Shown: piece after piece, positions 39,569 to 56,635 of the stretch
How positions within the stretch are numbered: position 1 is the first letter of the stretch
Layout of the letters: each line of letters begins with the position of its first letter
Assembly: GCA_965262725.1 (NCBI GenBank)
Contig: OZ253555.1
Span: 1,504,001-1,568,000, forward strand
Reading direction: 5' to 3'
DNA from: Dehalococcoidia bacterium
Lineage (GTDB): Bacteria > Chloroflexota > Dehalococcoidia > UBA2979
DNA length: 64,000 nt
Position numbers and translations under genes: made by a program
The notes under the pieces: generated by a model
Seen by the model: the letters and a program-made list of their open reading frames with translations, nothing else
Told to the model about the DNA's origin: nothing
Database searches by the model: none

Positions 39569-40528
39569 TCAGCGCAGGGGCAGGTCGAGGACGGTCGCGA
39601 GGCCACGGCGGGTGTTCGGGATCACGCGGGCGGCCCGCAGCACGGCCGCCGCCGTGGCGTCGTCGCCGAAGACCCCGCCCTCGAACCGCAGCTTGAGCGG
39701 CGGCGTGCCGTCCACGACGATCTCGTCGAATTCCTCATCGACCGCTGCGTTCGCCTCGAAGTGCAGGCGGATGACGCGGCCGTCGGAGGTCGAGCCCGCG
39801 AGCGTCTCCAGCGTGCCCGTGACCAGCCCCTGCCCCTCGGCGTGGCAGGGGATCATCTCGTGCTGCCAGTCGCCGAGCGTCCAGCCCAGCGCGGTGGCCA
39901 GCAGCCACGCCGACTCCACGAGCCCGACATGGCCGAAGCCGCCCGCGTTGCGCTTCTCGCCCCACTGCCCCGGCGTCAGGCCCATCCCCACCTTCTGCTG
40001 GAACGGGACCCGTCGCCTCGACGGATCCTGCACGCGGCGCACTGAGACCGACGTGATGCTGTGGGAGATCGAGGCCAGCGAGGCGGGGAGCGCATCCATC
40101 AGGAATCCCGGATTGACGCCCGTCGCAACGACTGTGCGCTCCGCTCGTCGAGCCAGCAGATCGAGAGTGGCCGCGATCTCCGGGTGGCGCGCCTGGGCGA
40201 ACGTCAACTCCTCACAGGTTGAGACGACGTGCAGCTCCTGCCGCAATGCCTCTTCAATCTGCGGGGAGACCCGGTCGAGGTGGGAGCCGGTGCAGTGGAT
40301 GAGGATGCCGCCGTCCGATCGCGAATCGGCCCGAGCCGCGGCCAGAGATGGGTGGACCGTGATCTCCGGCGCGCCGTCTACGAAGTCCGCGAGCGGCCGT
40401 CCGGCCATCTCCGGATTGATCTCGACCGCACCGACGACCTCGAGAAGGGGGTCCTTGAGGGCGGCCTCGGCGATGAGCGCCCCGATGGGCCCCAAGCCCT
40501 GCACGATGACGGGCAGCGGCGCGTTCAT
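39569..40528 (-). CDS. NAD(P)-dependent dehydrogenase, DapB/2,4-diaminopentanoate dehydrogenase-like
   Basis: GLGPIG, STCEEL, TGVNPGFLMD, GHVGL, GDDAT. Confidence 0.75.
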   Translation of the reverse strand: MNAPLPVIVQGLGPIGALIAEAALKDPLLEVVGAVEINPEMAGRPLADFVDGAPEITVHPSLAAARADSRSDGGILIHCTGSHLDRVSPQIEEALRQELHVVSTCEELTFAQARHPEIAATLDLLARRAERTVVATGVNPGFLMDALPASLASISHSITSVSVRRVQDPSRRRVPFQQKVGMGLTPGQWGEKRNAGGFGHVGLVESAWLLATALGWTLGDWQHEMIPCHAEGQGLVTGTLETLAGSTSDGRVIRLHFEANAAVDEEFDEIVVDGTPPLKLRFEGGVFGDDATAAAVLRAARVIPNTRRGLATVLDLPLR

Positions 40529-40766
40529 GTCGATCCTCCGGCATCTGGTGGGACTCTGGAGGTAGTTTCGGCGCTCTCAGCCGAAGGTGCCAACGGGCCC
40601 GGTGCGGCCTCGTTCGCTCACCCCGATCGCAGAGCCGGGTCCCTCGCGGCTCCTGGTTCCGGCGGGCCGGATCTGCTGTCCTCCCTGTGGAGCGGACCAT
40701 CGACGCTCCCGGTTCGGAGCATCGCCGCAGGAGCGGCCCGCCGCGCCGGATCGACCGGTCGCGGCA

Positions 40767-41816
40767 TCAGTTCCCGGGCGCCGGCGAGGAGTCCTCGAGC
40801 AGGGTCGCCCGCACGAGGAGCCGATTCTCGTACCCATCCCGTTGTTCGTCGAAGACTCCCCCGCAGGTGATCAGGATCAGGGCCGATCCCTCCCCGCCGG
40901 TCAGGACCTCGGTGAGAGTGAGGTCGGGGTCCACGCTCGCCGACCACTGCACCGCGTACACAAGCGGGTCCCCCGCCGTCCCACGGTGGAGCTCGATGCG
41001 GTCCCCTTCCCGCAGTACACCGAGCGACGCGAAGACGGCCAGCGAGCCCTCCCAGTCGAAGTGGCCGCCGAGGAGTGCCTGACCGGGATCGCCCGGGAGA
41101 GCCGTGATCTCGTACCACCCGACCGTTGCGCCGTCCTCCGGCACGTCCAGCTCGCCGCTCGCGGTGACTCCGAGGTCGACGATTGGCGCGGTCAGCCAGA
41201 TCTTCGGGATGCGCAGCTCCATCCCGCTGGCCGACCGTCTCTCGTCCGGGGCATCCGCGGGGGTGGCGGGGGCCTCGACGGTCGCCGGTTGCGACCCACC
41301 CGGCCTGCCGGAATCGACGGCAGCCGGCGCCTCCCGCACAGTCCGCACAGTCTCGATGTGGGCCTCGATGGCGACGGCAGTGTCCCGGGCGCGGACGGGC
41401 AAGGCCTCGATCACCACACCCGGCGCGTCCGAGCCCCCATCCACGGATGACCCGCCGGACACCTGACCCGCACGGGCGACGGGTGAGCCGTCACCGATCG
41501 CGATGACGAGAACCAGCACGATGCCCGCGACTGACGCTCGGGTCGCCGCGGTCGTTCGCGAGGGGGCGCGGCGACCCGCGGCACCTCTCGCCTCGTGACC
41601 GCCGCTCGGTGCCGCCAACCAGGCAGGCGGGGCTGTCGGCAGGGCGGTCCTGATGATCGCGACCGGAGCGGGAGGGGCGCGCACGCGCCCCCGGCGGTGC
41701 GGCGTCCCCCGTGCGAGACCGAGCAAGAAGCCGCAGGCAAGCCCGAAGCCGAGCTCGAGCAACCCCGCTGTCGCAATTGGCGGGCGCCCGCCGTCTGGTG
41801 GGGAGGGTGACGACAC
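40767..41816 (-). CDS. Class F sortase (start uncertain)
   Basis: LRIPKI, VGWY, GHFDW, LITCGG, NRLLV. Confidence 0.8.
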   Translation of the reverse strand: MSSPSPPDGGRPPIATAGLLELGFGLACGFLLGLARGTPHRRGRVRAPPAPVAIIRTALPTAPPAWLAAPSGGHEARGAAGRRAPSRTTAATRASVAGIVLVLVIAIGDGSPVARAGQVSGGSSVDGGSDAPGVVIEALPVRARDTAVAIEAHIETVRTVREAPAAVDSGRPGGSQPATVEAPATPADAPDERRSASGMELRIPKIWLTAPIVDLGVTASGELDVPEDGATVGWYEITALPGDPGQALLGGHFDWEGSLAVFASLGVLREGDRIELHRGTAGDPLVYAVQWSASVDPDLTLTEVLTGGEGSALILITCGGVFDEQRDGYENRLLVRATLLEDSSPAPGN

Positions 41817-41846
41817 CGGGTCCCCCTTAGGCGGTCCGGGGTCGCA

Positions 41847-43385
41847 TTACGGCCCCGTGTCCCCCGCACGATTGCGAACTCGCCGGCCGCTGAGAAGCGC
41901 TCCGACGATGAGGCTCTGGCCGAGACCGAGCAGGAGAAGGGCGCTCATGGGGTCGAAGAGGGTCTCCCCGGCTGGGCCGGCGAGACGGGCAGCCACGCTT
42001 CCGTCACCCAGTCGCGGCAGGCTCACGTCGTCGGGCGTTGTTGGTGTCTCGTCGTCCACGATCGCGACGCTCGCGCTGGCCGGCTCGCTGACGACCTCAT
42101 CGCCGAGATTGGCATCGGTCGATGCGCTCTCGGGGCGGACGGTGGCCGTCGCCACCGTCCGGGTCTCCTCGGTGGCCGCGAGCGCGGTGAAGTGCATGTC
42201 GATGGCGACGTCGCTCTCCGCCGGTGCGGAGCCGCAGGAGACCTCGGTCCCGACCGACTCGCACTGGGGGAGTGCGATCCCATTCCAGTCCGCGCCCGTG
42301 TACTCGAGGTGGCCGGGGTCGTAGCCCAGCCGCAGTTCGAGGGCACTCGTCTCCGGCACGGCGGTGAGCGTGACGGCGATGCGGAAAGTCACGCTCTCGT
42401 CCACGGTCGCGGTCGCGGGCGAGGTCCGGGTGTTGGTCACGCTCGCGGCCGGATCCTCGGCGGGCGTCGCCGGCGGGCGTGCGTCAAAGGCCGCGGGGCA
42501 GGTGAGGTCTCGATCGATCACCACGGTGAGCGACGCGCTCTGCTCCATCTCGCTGCAATCGCCGGACCACCTGGAGAATGTGGAATCGTCGTCCGGCAGC
42601 GCCATCAGGGTGGCCTCGTCTCCCTCCGCGTACTGACCCTCGCCCCGGGTCTCGCCGGAGCCCGTGTTCGCGGGATCGATCCCGAGCGTGACGGTGTACT
42701 CGATCTCCTCGGATTGCGTCTCTTGATCGCCCCCGCCGGGATCGCCGGTGGAGCCGGTCTCGCCCGGCGTGGATGGAGTGTTGGTCGTGGACGGGGTGTC
42801 TGGTGTGGACGGGGTGTTGGGCGTGCTTGTGCCGCAGCTCAGGGTCACGCTCAGGACCGCGTCGTTATGGTCCTCATCCCCGCCGGTCAGGAAGTCCTCA
42901 AAGGCGACGGTCCAGCCCGAGGCGGACGAGCCCGAGATTCGTGCGTGTGCAAAGCCATCGGGGCTATCAGACGCAGGTGCCGTCGTGAACGTGTGACCTG
43001 TGTTCTCCACGCGGATCCCGAGCACCAGTTCCCCCACCGGAAGGTCCAGCTGGATCGTCTTTTCGACGTCGAAGTTCGTGATGCCGAGTGAGATAGCGTG
43101 GTTCGCCGTGTCGACGCGGATGAACTCGTTCGTGTATGCGGCCTCGAAAGGCATCACCTCGAGGGTGACCCGGGTGCAGCCCTCCGTCAGCATGATGCGG
43201 GTGTCCGCGGCATGCGCCTGCGACACCATGAGCGACATCGTGAGCAGCACGAGGGATGCGGTTGCGACCGCCGCGTGCGCGCGCGGGATGCGGGTGTGCC
43301 TTCGACCGCGCATCCGGTGCCCCCGTTGCACCGCGAACCTGGCCCGCGCCACCGCCCGAGGATGGCGGGGCAGTCGCTTATCCAC
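41847..43385 (-). CDS. Secreted multidomain surface protein with LPxTG-like sorting signal (start uncertain)
   Basis: Signal peptide ending AHA; FED..GGD.DHND motif; Thr/Pro linker; FSRWSGDC repeat; LPRLG followed by a hydrophobic stretch and RRVR. Confidence 0.75.
   Translation of the reverse strand: MDKRLPRHPRAVARARFAVQRGHRMRGRRHTRIPRAHAAVATASLVLLTMSLMVSQAHAADTRIMLTEGCTRVTLEVMPFEAAYTNEFIRVDTANHAISLGITNFDVEKTIQLDLPVGELVLGIRVENTGHTFTTAPASDSPDGFAHARISGSSASGWTVAFEDFLTGGDEDHNDAVLSVTLSCGTSTPNTPSTPDTPSTTNTPSTPGETGSTGDPGGGDQETQSEEIEYTVTLGIDPANTGSGETRGEGQYAEGDEATLMALPDDDSTFSRWSGDCSEMEQSASLTVVIDRDLTCPAAFDARPPATPAEDPAASVTNTRTSPATATVDESVTFRIAVTLTAVPETSALELRLGYDPGHLEYTGADWNGIALPQCESVGTEVSCGSAPAESDVAIDMHFTALAATEETRTVATATVRPESASTDANLGDEVVSEPASASVAIVDDETPTTPDDVSLPRLGDGSVAARLAGPAGETLFDPMSALLLLGLGQSLIVGALLSGRRVRNRAGDTGP
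42769..42830 (-). repeat. Imperfect 18-bp tandem repeats encoding a TP(S/N/D)T linker
   Basis: [22 protein letters not shown]. Confidence 0.7.
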
Positions 43386-43608
43386 AATTTATGCAAACAT
43401 GTTAGCGTTTTCCACACGTTATGGGCATCCGGACGGCCGTTTGGGGCTGAGACGGCCCTCGCGGGCGGTGGGGCATGGGCCGGCCCGGCCGGGGCATTCC
43501 ACGCTCATGGGTGGCTGCGGACGTGGGCCTGGAGCGCGGCGTCTCTACCTTGTGCGCTGGTACACTCAGTCCCGAGCCGGGTCGGTGTGCGTGAGCGCGA
43601 GGGGGAGC

Positions 43609-45264
<1,656 letters not shown>

Positions 45265-45277
45265 TGGTCCGGAACCG

Positions 45278-45787
45278 ATGACGCATTCGGCTGCCGCGGG
45301 GGGGATGCCGGGCACCAACTCGCTCGACGTGCTCCTCGAGGAGAACGCGCGCGCCCGCGCCGATCTGCTGACGGCCCTCGATGCGGTGCCGGCCTCGCGT
45401 CGCACCGAGCGCTGGTACGGGGAGTGGTCGTTGCGCGATATCGTGGCCCATCTCGCGGTGTGGCAGGAAGGCTGCGCCGTTGCACTCGAGGCGCTCGCGC
45501 ACGGAGAGCCGCCCCGCATCCCCGGGTTCGACGAGGCGGCGGGCGGCGAGGCCTTCAACGCCGCCCGTGCCGCGGAGCATCGGGACGACAGCTGGGAGCA
45601 GGTGATGCACCTGCTCCGCGGCGCGCGGCAGCGCCACGAGGCGGCTGTTCGTGCACTCGCCGGCGCGGTCGAGCCGGCGAGCTACGCGGAGGGCCGAACG
45701 GCCCACCGTCTGGCGGTGATGCCGGGCGGGCACGATCGCAGCCACGCCGGACCGATCCTGGAGTGGCGGCGGGAGCAGGGGCTGTGA
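45278..45787 (+). CDS. DinB-like / maleylpyruvate isomerase N-terminal domain protein
   Basis: WSLRDIVAHL, FNA, HDRSH. Confidence 0.7.
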   Translation: MTHSAAAGGMPGTNSLDVLLEENARARADLLTALDAVPASRRTERWYGEWSLRDIVAHLAVWQEGCAVALEALAHGEPPRIPGFDEAAGGEAFNAARAAEHRDDSWEQVMHLLRGARQRHEAAVRALAGAVEPASYAEGRTAHRLAVMPGGHDRSHAGPILEWRREQGL

Positions 45788-45821
45788 ACGCGCCGGCGCT
45801 CCCGGCGCGCGGCGACGGCAG

Positions 45822-46661
45822 GTGATCGACCTCCTGCATCACGTCGGCGTCGTCGTGAACGACGCGGATGCCGCGCTCGCGTTCTATCGAGATATCGTCG
45901 GCCTCCCCGTCGTCGCCGACTCCGTCCTCGACGATCAGGGCGTGCGAGCCATCCTGCTCGCGGCCGGTGAGAACGAGCTGGAGATTCTCTCGCCGACCAG
46001 ACACGACACGGGCGTCGCACGCTTCTTGGAGAGCCGCGGGGAGACGCTGCACCATCTCTGCTTCCGCACCGACGACATCGCGGGCGAGATCGCTCGTCTC
46101 GATGCCGCCGGCGTCGAGCTCGTGGATCGCGAGCCGCGCGAGGGACTCGCCGGTCGCGTCGCGTTTCTCCACCCACGAGCGATGCGCGGCGTGCTGGTGG
46201 AGCTCGCTCAGCCGCCCCTGGGTGCCCATGAGCGTGAGGCGAAGGGCTTCGATCGAATCGCCGTGCGCACCCGGGACTTGGACGAGGCGGCCGCGTTGTG
46301 GCGAGATGTTCTTGGGCTCGAGGTCGCGCGGCGGGTCGAGGTGGAGGGTGCGGGAATCGTGATCGGGGAGATGCCGATCGGCCGCTGCCGTATCGATCTG
46401 ATCGCCCCGTCCCGACCCGACGCGCCGTTCGCAGCTGAGATCGAGCGTCTCGGGGAGGGCGCCCTGCCCGCGTTCGCGCTTGAGGTGGCGGATGTCGATC
46501 AGGAGCGCGCCCGTCTTCGTGCGGCGGGCGTGGTGACTGACGACACCGGCCCGGCCATGATGCCGGGCGTGCGAATCGCGACGATACCGGCGGAGCGGGC
46601 GTTCGGGGTCGCCGTCCAGCTCACGGCGTACGATCGCCCCGACGTGGGGACGGAGGCCTGA
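45822..46661 (+). CDS. mce: Methylmalonyl-CoA epimerase-like protein with two VOC domains
   Basis: HHVGVVV, ELEILSP, LHHLCF, FLHP..MRGVLVEL. Confidence 0.8.
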   Translation: MIDLLHHVGVVVNDADAALAFYRDIVGLPVVADSVLDDQGVRAILLAAGENELEILSPTRHDTGVARFLESRGETLHHLCFRTDDIAGEIARLDAAGVELVDREPREGLAGRVAFLHPRAMRGVLVELAQPPLGAHEREAKGFDRIAVRTRDLDEAAALWRDVLGLEVARRVEVEGAGIVIGEMPIGRCRIDLIAPSRPDAPFAAEIERLGEGALPAFALEVADVDQERARLRAAGVVTDDTGPAMMPGVRIATIPAERAFGVAVQLTAYDRPDVGTEA

Positions 46662-47099
46662 ATGACGAAGGGAACGGAGCAGGAGCGGCGCATCCGCGTC
46701 TTGATCGCGAAGCCCGGTCTTGACGGTCACGACCGTGGCGCGAAGGTCGTGGCGGCCTCGCTACGCGATGCGGGCATGGAGGTCATCTACACCGGGATCC
46801 GCCAGACGCCGCGGATGATCGCGGAGGCTGCGCTGCAGGAAGACGTGGACGTGGTCGGACTCTCGATCCTCTCCGGGGCACACCTGGAGCTGTTCCCCCG
46901 CGTCGTCGAGGCGTTGCGCGAGTGCGGGATCGGGCCCGACGACGTCCTTCTCTTCTGCGGGGGCATCATCCCGCGGGCCGATTGGGGTACTGTGCAAGAG
47001 TTCGGCTTCCGCGGCGTCTTCGGTCCCGGCACGGACACGCGGGACATCGCCGCCTTCATACGTGAGCAGCTTCCGACGCTCCCGGCGCGCGCGCTCTAG
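46662..47099 (+). CDS. Mutase small subunit, cobalamin-binding domain
   Basis: [22 protein letters not shown]. Confidence 0.93.
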   Translation: MTKGTEQERRIRVLIAKPGLDGHDRGAKVVAASLRDAGMEVIYTGIRQTPRMIAEAALQEDVDVVGLSILSGAHLELFPRVVEALRECGIGPDDVLLFCGGIIPRADWGTVQEFGFRGVFGPGTDTRDIAAFIREQLPTLPARAL

Positions 47100-47129
47100 C
47101 GGCGGCTGCGGGGTGGCGCGACGGCTCCT

Positions 47130-48122
47130 GTGACTTCTCGCTCGGCAACAGCGACGGCCGGTGAACTGGCCGACGGCATCGCGCGCTGCGACCGTCGCGC
47201 GCTGGCACGGGCCATCACGCACGTCGAGCGAGACGATCCGACGGGGCGCGCCGTGCTGGCAGCGCTCTATCCCCGCACGGGCCGGGCGCAGACCATCGGC
47301 ATGACGGGCTCCGCCGGCGTGGGGAAGTCCACACTGGTCGGTCGTGTGGCGGCGGAGCAGCGCCGGCGTGATCGCACGGTCGGCATCGTCGCCGTCGATC
47401 CATCCTCTCCGTTCTCGCACGGCGCGATCCTCGGCGACCGCATTCGCATGCAGGAACTGACTTCCGATCCCGGCGTCTTCCTGCGGTCGATGGCCACGCG
47501 CGGTCACCTGGGCGGACTCGCCGAGTCGGCATCGGGCGTCGTCGACGTGCTTGATGCGGCGGGCTACGACGTTGTGATGGTGGAGACGGTGGGCGCTGGG
47601 CAGGACGAGGTGGAGGTCGCCTCCGCCACGCAGACCACGGTGCTCGTGACGAGCCCCGCGGCAGGCGACGAGATCCAGTCGATGAAGGCCGGGCTCATGG
47701 AGGTTGCACAGCTGCTCGTCGTGAACAAGGCTGACCTCGCAGGTGCTGACACGGCCGTCCACCAGCTTCGCTCCCTCCTCGCGATCGCCACGCCGCGTGC
47801 CTGGGAGCCCCCGGTCCTGAAGGTGGTCGCGCGGTCGGGTGATGGCGTGGTGGAGTTGGTCGACCGCATCGACGAGCACCAGAGCCACGTGCGCGACTCC
47901 GAGCACGCGGAGGCGGAGCGCCGGGCGCTCGTGCAGGCGCAGTTGATGACGCTGGTCACCTCGGCGCTCTCGCATCGAGCGCTCGATGCGGCGCGACGCT
48001 CGGGCGTTCTCGATCGTCTCGTCGATGAGGTCGTGTCCCGCCGTCGCGATCCGCGGGCCGCGGCGGACGCGCTGCTTTCTCGCATCGCTCCCGCGGCCGC
48101 GGGCGACACGCCGAGTCACTAG
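47130..48122 (+). CDS. meaB: Mutase-associated GTPase
   Basis: GSAGVGKST, DPSSPF, GDRIRM, ETVGAGQ, NKAD. Confidence 0.93.
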   Translation: MTSRSATATAGELADGIARCDRRALARAITHVERDDPTGRAVLAALYPRTGRAQTIGMTGSAGVGKSTLVGRVAAEQRRRDRTVGIVAVDPSSPFSHGAILGDRIRMQELTSDPGVFLRSMATRGHLGGLAESASGVVDVLDAAGYDVVMVETVGAGQDEVEVASATQTTVLVTSPAAGDEIQSMKAGLMEVAQLLVVNKADLAGADTAVHQLRSLLAIATPRAWEPPVLKVVARSGDGVVELVDRIDEHQSHVRDSEHAEAERRALVQAQLMTLVTSALSHRALDAARRSGVLDRLVDEVVSRRRDPRAAADALLSRIAPAAAGDTPSH

Positions 48123-48207
48123 GGCCCGGGCGCGCGCCTGCGGGGCACGGCCGCGGGCCGGCCCGCTGCGGGGGGCGTGGGTCGCGGATCGCCCGTAGAC
48201 TGGGCTC

Positions 48208-48930
48208 ATGCCTCAGCGCGTGCGCGTCGTCTTCCGCAAGGGCGGCGTGCTGCAGTGGATCTCCCACCTTGACACGATGCGCACGTGGGAGCGGACGCTG
48301 CGGCGCGCCGGCCTTCCGCTCGTGTATTCGCAGGGATTCTCGCCGCACGCGCGCATCGCCCTGGCGGCGCCGCTTCCGGTCGGCTTCGAGGGCGAGCGGG
48401 AGTTGATGGACATCTGGCTCGACCCTGCGCTCGATCCGGCGGTCGTTCGCGGAAGGCTGGAGCCGAAGCTTCCGCCCGGCCTCGACGTGGTCGAGGTCGA
48501 AGAGGTGGCGGAGCGTCTTCCCTCGCTGCAGTCGCTTCTGCGAGCGGCGCGCTACCGCATCATCTTCGCGGCAGCGGAAGTGGACGCGGCCGCCGTCGCG
48601 GGTCGGCTCGCCGACTTCATGGCGCTGAAGAGCCTCCCGTGGGAGGAGATACGCGGCGAGAAGACGCGCACTGTCGACGTGCGGGCGGGCGTGATCATGG
48701 CTGCGCTTCGCGCGGGGCCGTCGAGCGGCGATCAGTCCGCCGGGGACGGTGAGGTCGTACTTGAGCTGCGCATGTCGCTCGAGGAGGGCCGCGGCGTGCG
48801 CGCCCAATCCGTCATCGACGCCCTGGTCGTGGGTGCCGAGCCGCTCAGGATGATCCGCACGGAACTCGAGGTCGAGCGCCCGCGCATCGCGCTCGGCGCT
48901 TGGCGCGCGCGCGGGCGCTACGAGGAGTGA
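48208..48930 (+). CDS. TIGR03936/DUF2344 radical SAM-associated protein
   Basis: WISHLD, RRAGLP..YSQGFSPH, APLPVG. Confidence 0.85.
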   Translation: MPQRVRVVFRKGGVLQWISHLDTMRTWERTLRRAGLPLVYSQGFSPHARIALAAPLPVGFEGERELMDIWLDPALDPAVVRGRLEPKLPPGLDVVEVEEVAERLPSLQSLLRAARYRIIFAAAEVDAAAVAGRLADFMALKSLPWEEIRGEKTRTVDVRAGVIMAALRAGPSSGDQSAGDGEVVLELRMSLEEGRGVRAQSVIDALVVGAEPLRMIRTELEVERPRIALGAWRARGRYEE

Positions 48931-48991
48931 GTCCCCGGCCTCACCCCCGAAACGCCGCTAGGCCCCTCGGTCTCGCAACCGTGGAGGTCCC

Positions 48992-49651
48992 GTGACCGGT
49001 GCCCCGGTCGCGCCGGCCCGAACGCTGCTCGTCCTGCTGCGTCACGGCGAGACCGATCGGAACGTGGACGGGCGCTCGCAGGGCCGCGACGACGAGCCGC
49101 TCAACGATCACGGGCGCGAGCAGGCAGGGGAGGCGGCACGGGCCATCGCACCGCTTGCGCCGGCCGCCGTCTACAGCTCGGACGCCTCCAGGGCGCGCGA
49201 CACCGCCGCGGCCGTCGCCGCCGTCCGCGGCCTGGACGTGCGCGTCGATCCGCGCCTCGCCGAGCTTGACCACGGCGAGCTCGACGGGTTGACGGGAGCC
49301 GAATTGCGCGAGCAGTACCCCGACTTGCTGGAGGCGTGGCGGGGGCCCGGTGGCCCGTCGCTCGTCCTCCCCGGCGGCGAGTCGATGGATGAGGCGCAGG
49401 CGCGCATGGTGGCTGCAGTCACGGAGATCGGCGATCGTCACCGGGCAGAGTGCGTCGTCGTCGTCTCCCACAATCTCGCGCTGCGCGGGCTAGCGTGCGA
49501 GGCGCTGGGTGCGCCGCTCACCGCCGCGCGACGACTCCGGATCGACCTCTGCTCGCTCACCATCGTCGAGCTACTCGTGGGGCAGCCGTGGGCGGTGGTC
49601 GCGCTCAACCGGACGTGCCATCTCGGGCGTCGGGCGGGTGTCCATCGCTAG
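48992..49651 (+). CDS. Histidine phosphatase family protein
   Basis: LRHGET, YSSD..RA, PGGES, VVSH. Confidence 0.88.
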   Translation: MTGAPVAPARTLLVLLRHGETDRNVDGRSQGRDDEPLNDHGREQAGEAARAIAPLAPAAVYSSDASRARDTAAAVAAVRGLDVRVDPRLAELDHGELDGLTGAELREQYPDLLEAWRGPGGPSLVLPGGESMDEAQARMVAAVTEIGDRHRAECVVVVSHNLALRGLACEALGAPLTAARRLRIDLCSLTIVELLVGQPWAVVALNRTCHLGRRAGVHR

Positions 49652-49715
49652 CACGCGTTGAGCGAGCCCGGGGGACTCTGTTACGTTGCTGGCGGCGGCG
49701 GGGTGGGGAGATGCT

Positions 49716-50072
49716 ATGCCCTTGCCGCTCCCCCGCGTGCGCTTCGGTCCCACGCACATGGTGCTGGCCGTGGCGATGCTCCTGGTTTCGCTCTTCGCCT
49801 ACGCCGCCGTTCAGACCGCTGCCCGTAGCCACGGCCTCGCCGAGGAGCGGTACCGGATCGAGCTCGAGCTGTGGGACCTCCGCCGGCAGCACGCGGAACT
49901 GGAGGGATTGGCCGAGTACCTGCGCTCCGACGAGTATGTAGAGGGTGTCGCGCGCCAGCAGCTCGGCCTCGCCCGGGAGGGAGAGCTCTCGGTGCTCATC
50001 GACGCCCCCGACGCGGAGGACGGGGGGCGCGAGCCCGGCGAGCGCTGGTGGGAGGAGCAGTTCGGGCGGTAG
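49716..50072 (+). CDS. Septum formation initiator (FtsB/DivIC family)
   Basis: One TM segment, coiled coil, YVEGVARQQLGLAREGE. Confidence 0.78.
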   Translation: MPLPLPRVRFGPTHMVLAVAMLLVSLFAYAAVQTAARSHGLAEERYRIELELWDLRRQHAELEGLAEYLRSDEYVEGVARQQLGLAREGELSVLIDAPDAEDGGREPGERWWEEQFGR

Positions 50073-50250
50073 AGATCTAACCGGAAGTGGCCCTTCCGTG
50101 TCGGGGCGCCGATTCCCTGCCGCGGAGTACCCGACCCCCGCTCGGGGCGCCGCTCCGGGCAGCGCGGGCGTCATGCCGCCTCATGAGCCCACGTGCCCGA
50201 AATCGCCGGCGCACCGCCGCGGGGCATGTCGGCGCGGTACAGTTCCGACC

Positions 50251-51279
50251 GTGAGCGCTGACTCCCTCCCTCGAAGCCGCGTGACCGGAGTGTTCGAGCG
50301 CCGCGTGAAGCGCGATCTCGGGCAGCTGGTGCCGCCCGCTGCGCCCGTGGTCGTCGCGTGTTCTGGCGGCCCGGACTCGACCGCAGCGCTGGTCGCGGTC
50401 GCGCGCGGTGGCTGGCCTGTGTGCGCGGCTCACATCGATCACGGTCTTCGCTCCTCGGAAGAGGCGGAGGGTGACCGGGCCATGGTCGAGCGGCTCGGTG
50501 CCCTGTTGGGCGTGCCCGTCCTCACCGGCACCGCCAGAGGCGCGGAGCTCCGTACCTCCGAGGAGCGAGCTCGGGAGGCGCGCTACCGCTGGCTCGCCGG
50601 CGCCTGCGCCGAGGCCGGCGCCATCCACTGCGTCACCGGTCACACGCTAGACGATCAGGCCGAGACGGTGCTGCTTCGATTGGCGCGCGGGAGCGGGCTC
50701 GGGGGTGCCGCAGGGATGGCCGGACGTGCCGCGTGGCCGCTACGAGAGGCCGGGTGCGGTGCTCATCTCTCCCTGGTGCGCCCGCTGCTCGGTCTGAGCC
50801 GCGCCGATGTCGAGCGCTACCTGCGCGCCCTCGGTCTCGAAGCACGCCAGGATCCGACCAACGAGCAGGTGCACTACGCCCGGAACCGTGTACGGCTGCG
50901 CGTTCTGCCCGAGATGGAACGCGTCCACGCGGGTGCGGCGCAGTCGCTCGCGCACTTCGCCGGGCTCGCGCGGCGCGATGACGAGGCGCTGGAAAGCGTC
51001 GCGGCGACCGAGTTCGCTCGGATCGCCACGTGCAGCCCGGGCGTGGTCGCACTGGGACGGCGCGCCCTGTCGGCGCTGCCTCCGGCGGTCGGGGCTCGCG
51101 TTCTGAGGAGAGCGGCGGGCGAGCTCGGACTTGCTACGAACGCGAGCCAGCTGGACGCGCTTGCTCGTGCTGCGCGTCGGCGGGGGTCGAGGGTCGACCT
51201 GGCGGGCGGCCGCGGGCGATCGGACGACACGATGCTCATTATCGAGCGCTTGACGCGCGCTTCGGGCGGCTGCGCTTGA
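50251..51279 (+). CDS. tilS: tRNA(Ile)-lysidine synthetase (start approximate)
   Basis: SGGPDS, HIDHGLR, AREARY, GHTLDDQAET, RPLL, RNRVR. Confidence 0.9.
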   Translation: MSADSLPRSRVTGVFERRVKRDLGQLVPPAAPVVVACSGGPDSTAALVAVARGGWPVCAAHIDHGLRSSEEAEGDRAMVERLGALLGVPVLTGTARGAELRTSEERAREARYRWLAGACAEAGAIHCVTGHTLDDQAETVLLRLARGSGLGGAAGMAGRAAWPLREAGCGAHLSLVRPLLGLSRADVERYLRALGLEARQDPTNEQVHYARNRVRLRVLPEMERVHAGAAQSLAHFAGLARRDDEALESVAATEFARIATCSPGVVALGRRALSALPPAVGARVLRRAAGELGLATNASQLDALARAARRRGSRVDLAGGRGRSDDTMLIIERLTRASGGCA

Positions 51280-51330
51280 GACATGACGGTCGCGACGGCA
51301 GCGTCGCGGGCACGCGGGGACCGCCGAGCC

Positions 51331-51359
51331 TTGACCAGTGTCCCCGACGCCGATACCAT
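51331..51359 (+). promoter_or_regulatory. Sigma70-type rRNA operon promoter
   Basis: TTGACC-N17-TACCAT. Confidence 0.65.
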
Positions 51360-51565
51360 CTCCCTTCGCATCGTCAAGCCGGTCCCCATGGGGCCGTGGC
51401 GCGTACATTTACATCTGGATAGCGAGCAGAATCTGAAGCAGGGTCTCCGTTGACCCGCTCGGCTTCGCTTCAAACGTCGGCATCCGGCCATCGGTCGGAG
51501 GCTGGCGTGTGGGCGAGCAGGGCGGTAATCAGCACTGTATGACCGCCTTCTTCGAGGCGGTTTCT

Positions 51566-53052
<1,487 letters not shown>

Positions 53053-53285
53053 AGGGAGTCACGCCGGAACCGAAGGGGCGCACGGTGTACGTGCCCTTAC
53101 CGGCCATCTCCTGTCGACCGGACGTCCATCCACGTGTCTCGCCCGGGTTTCCGGGCGAGGCGGGGACCACCCATTCCCGGGTGGGCGTTCGATACTCATG
53201 GGTCCCGCCCCCCTGCGCGGGGATTCTGCTCGCTATCCAGCTGTTGATGTGCGCCCGGGTAGTGGCATGCCTGCGCACGGGCAAG

Positions 53286-53362
53286 GGGCCATTAGCTCAG
53301 CTGGTTAGAGCGCAGTCCTGATAAGACTGAGGTCCCTGGTTCGAGTCCAGGATGGCCCACCA
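53286..53362 (+). tRNA. tRNA-Ile(GAT)
   Basis: Cloverleaf with CTGATAA loop and CCA end. Confidence 0.96.
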
Positions 53363-53389
53363 GCCACACCGCCTCGCGCGTGTGGAGTC

Positions 53390-53465
53390 GGGGCCGTAGC
53401 TCAGCTGGTAGAGCGCCGCCTTTGCAAGGCGGATGTCGGGGGTTCGAGTCCCCCCGGCTCCACCA
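53390..53465 (+). tRNA. tRNA-Ala(TGC)
   Basis: Cloverleaf with TTTGCAA loop and CCA end. Confidence 0.96.
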
Positions 53466-53688
53466 TCGCGAGCTACGAGGGCACTACCCACCCTTCATCG
53501 CTGAGTGCGCCGCGTCCTAGCTGGATGCGGCGGGCGTCTGGAGGCCGTCCCTCCGATCCAGCACATTCACAACCGAATACTGCGCAAAGCAGACGAACAT
53601 CGAGAAAGTTCCGGGCACGCGTCCGGGCCCGCTCGTGCCACCGGGAATCGCCCCGGGGCCGGCGGGGATCGAGGCGTGTGCGTGACGA

Positions 53689-56635
<2,947 letters not shown>

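Noticed and set aside
50075-50250. Possible structured ncRNA between the ftsB-like gene and tilS
   Set aside because: GC-rich hairpins only; no SRP, 6S or riboswitch consensus recognised
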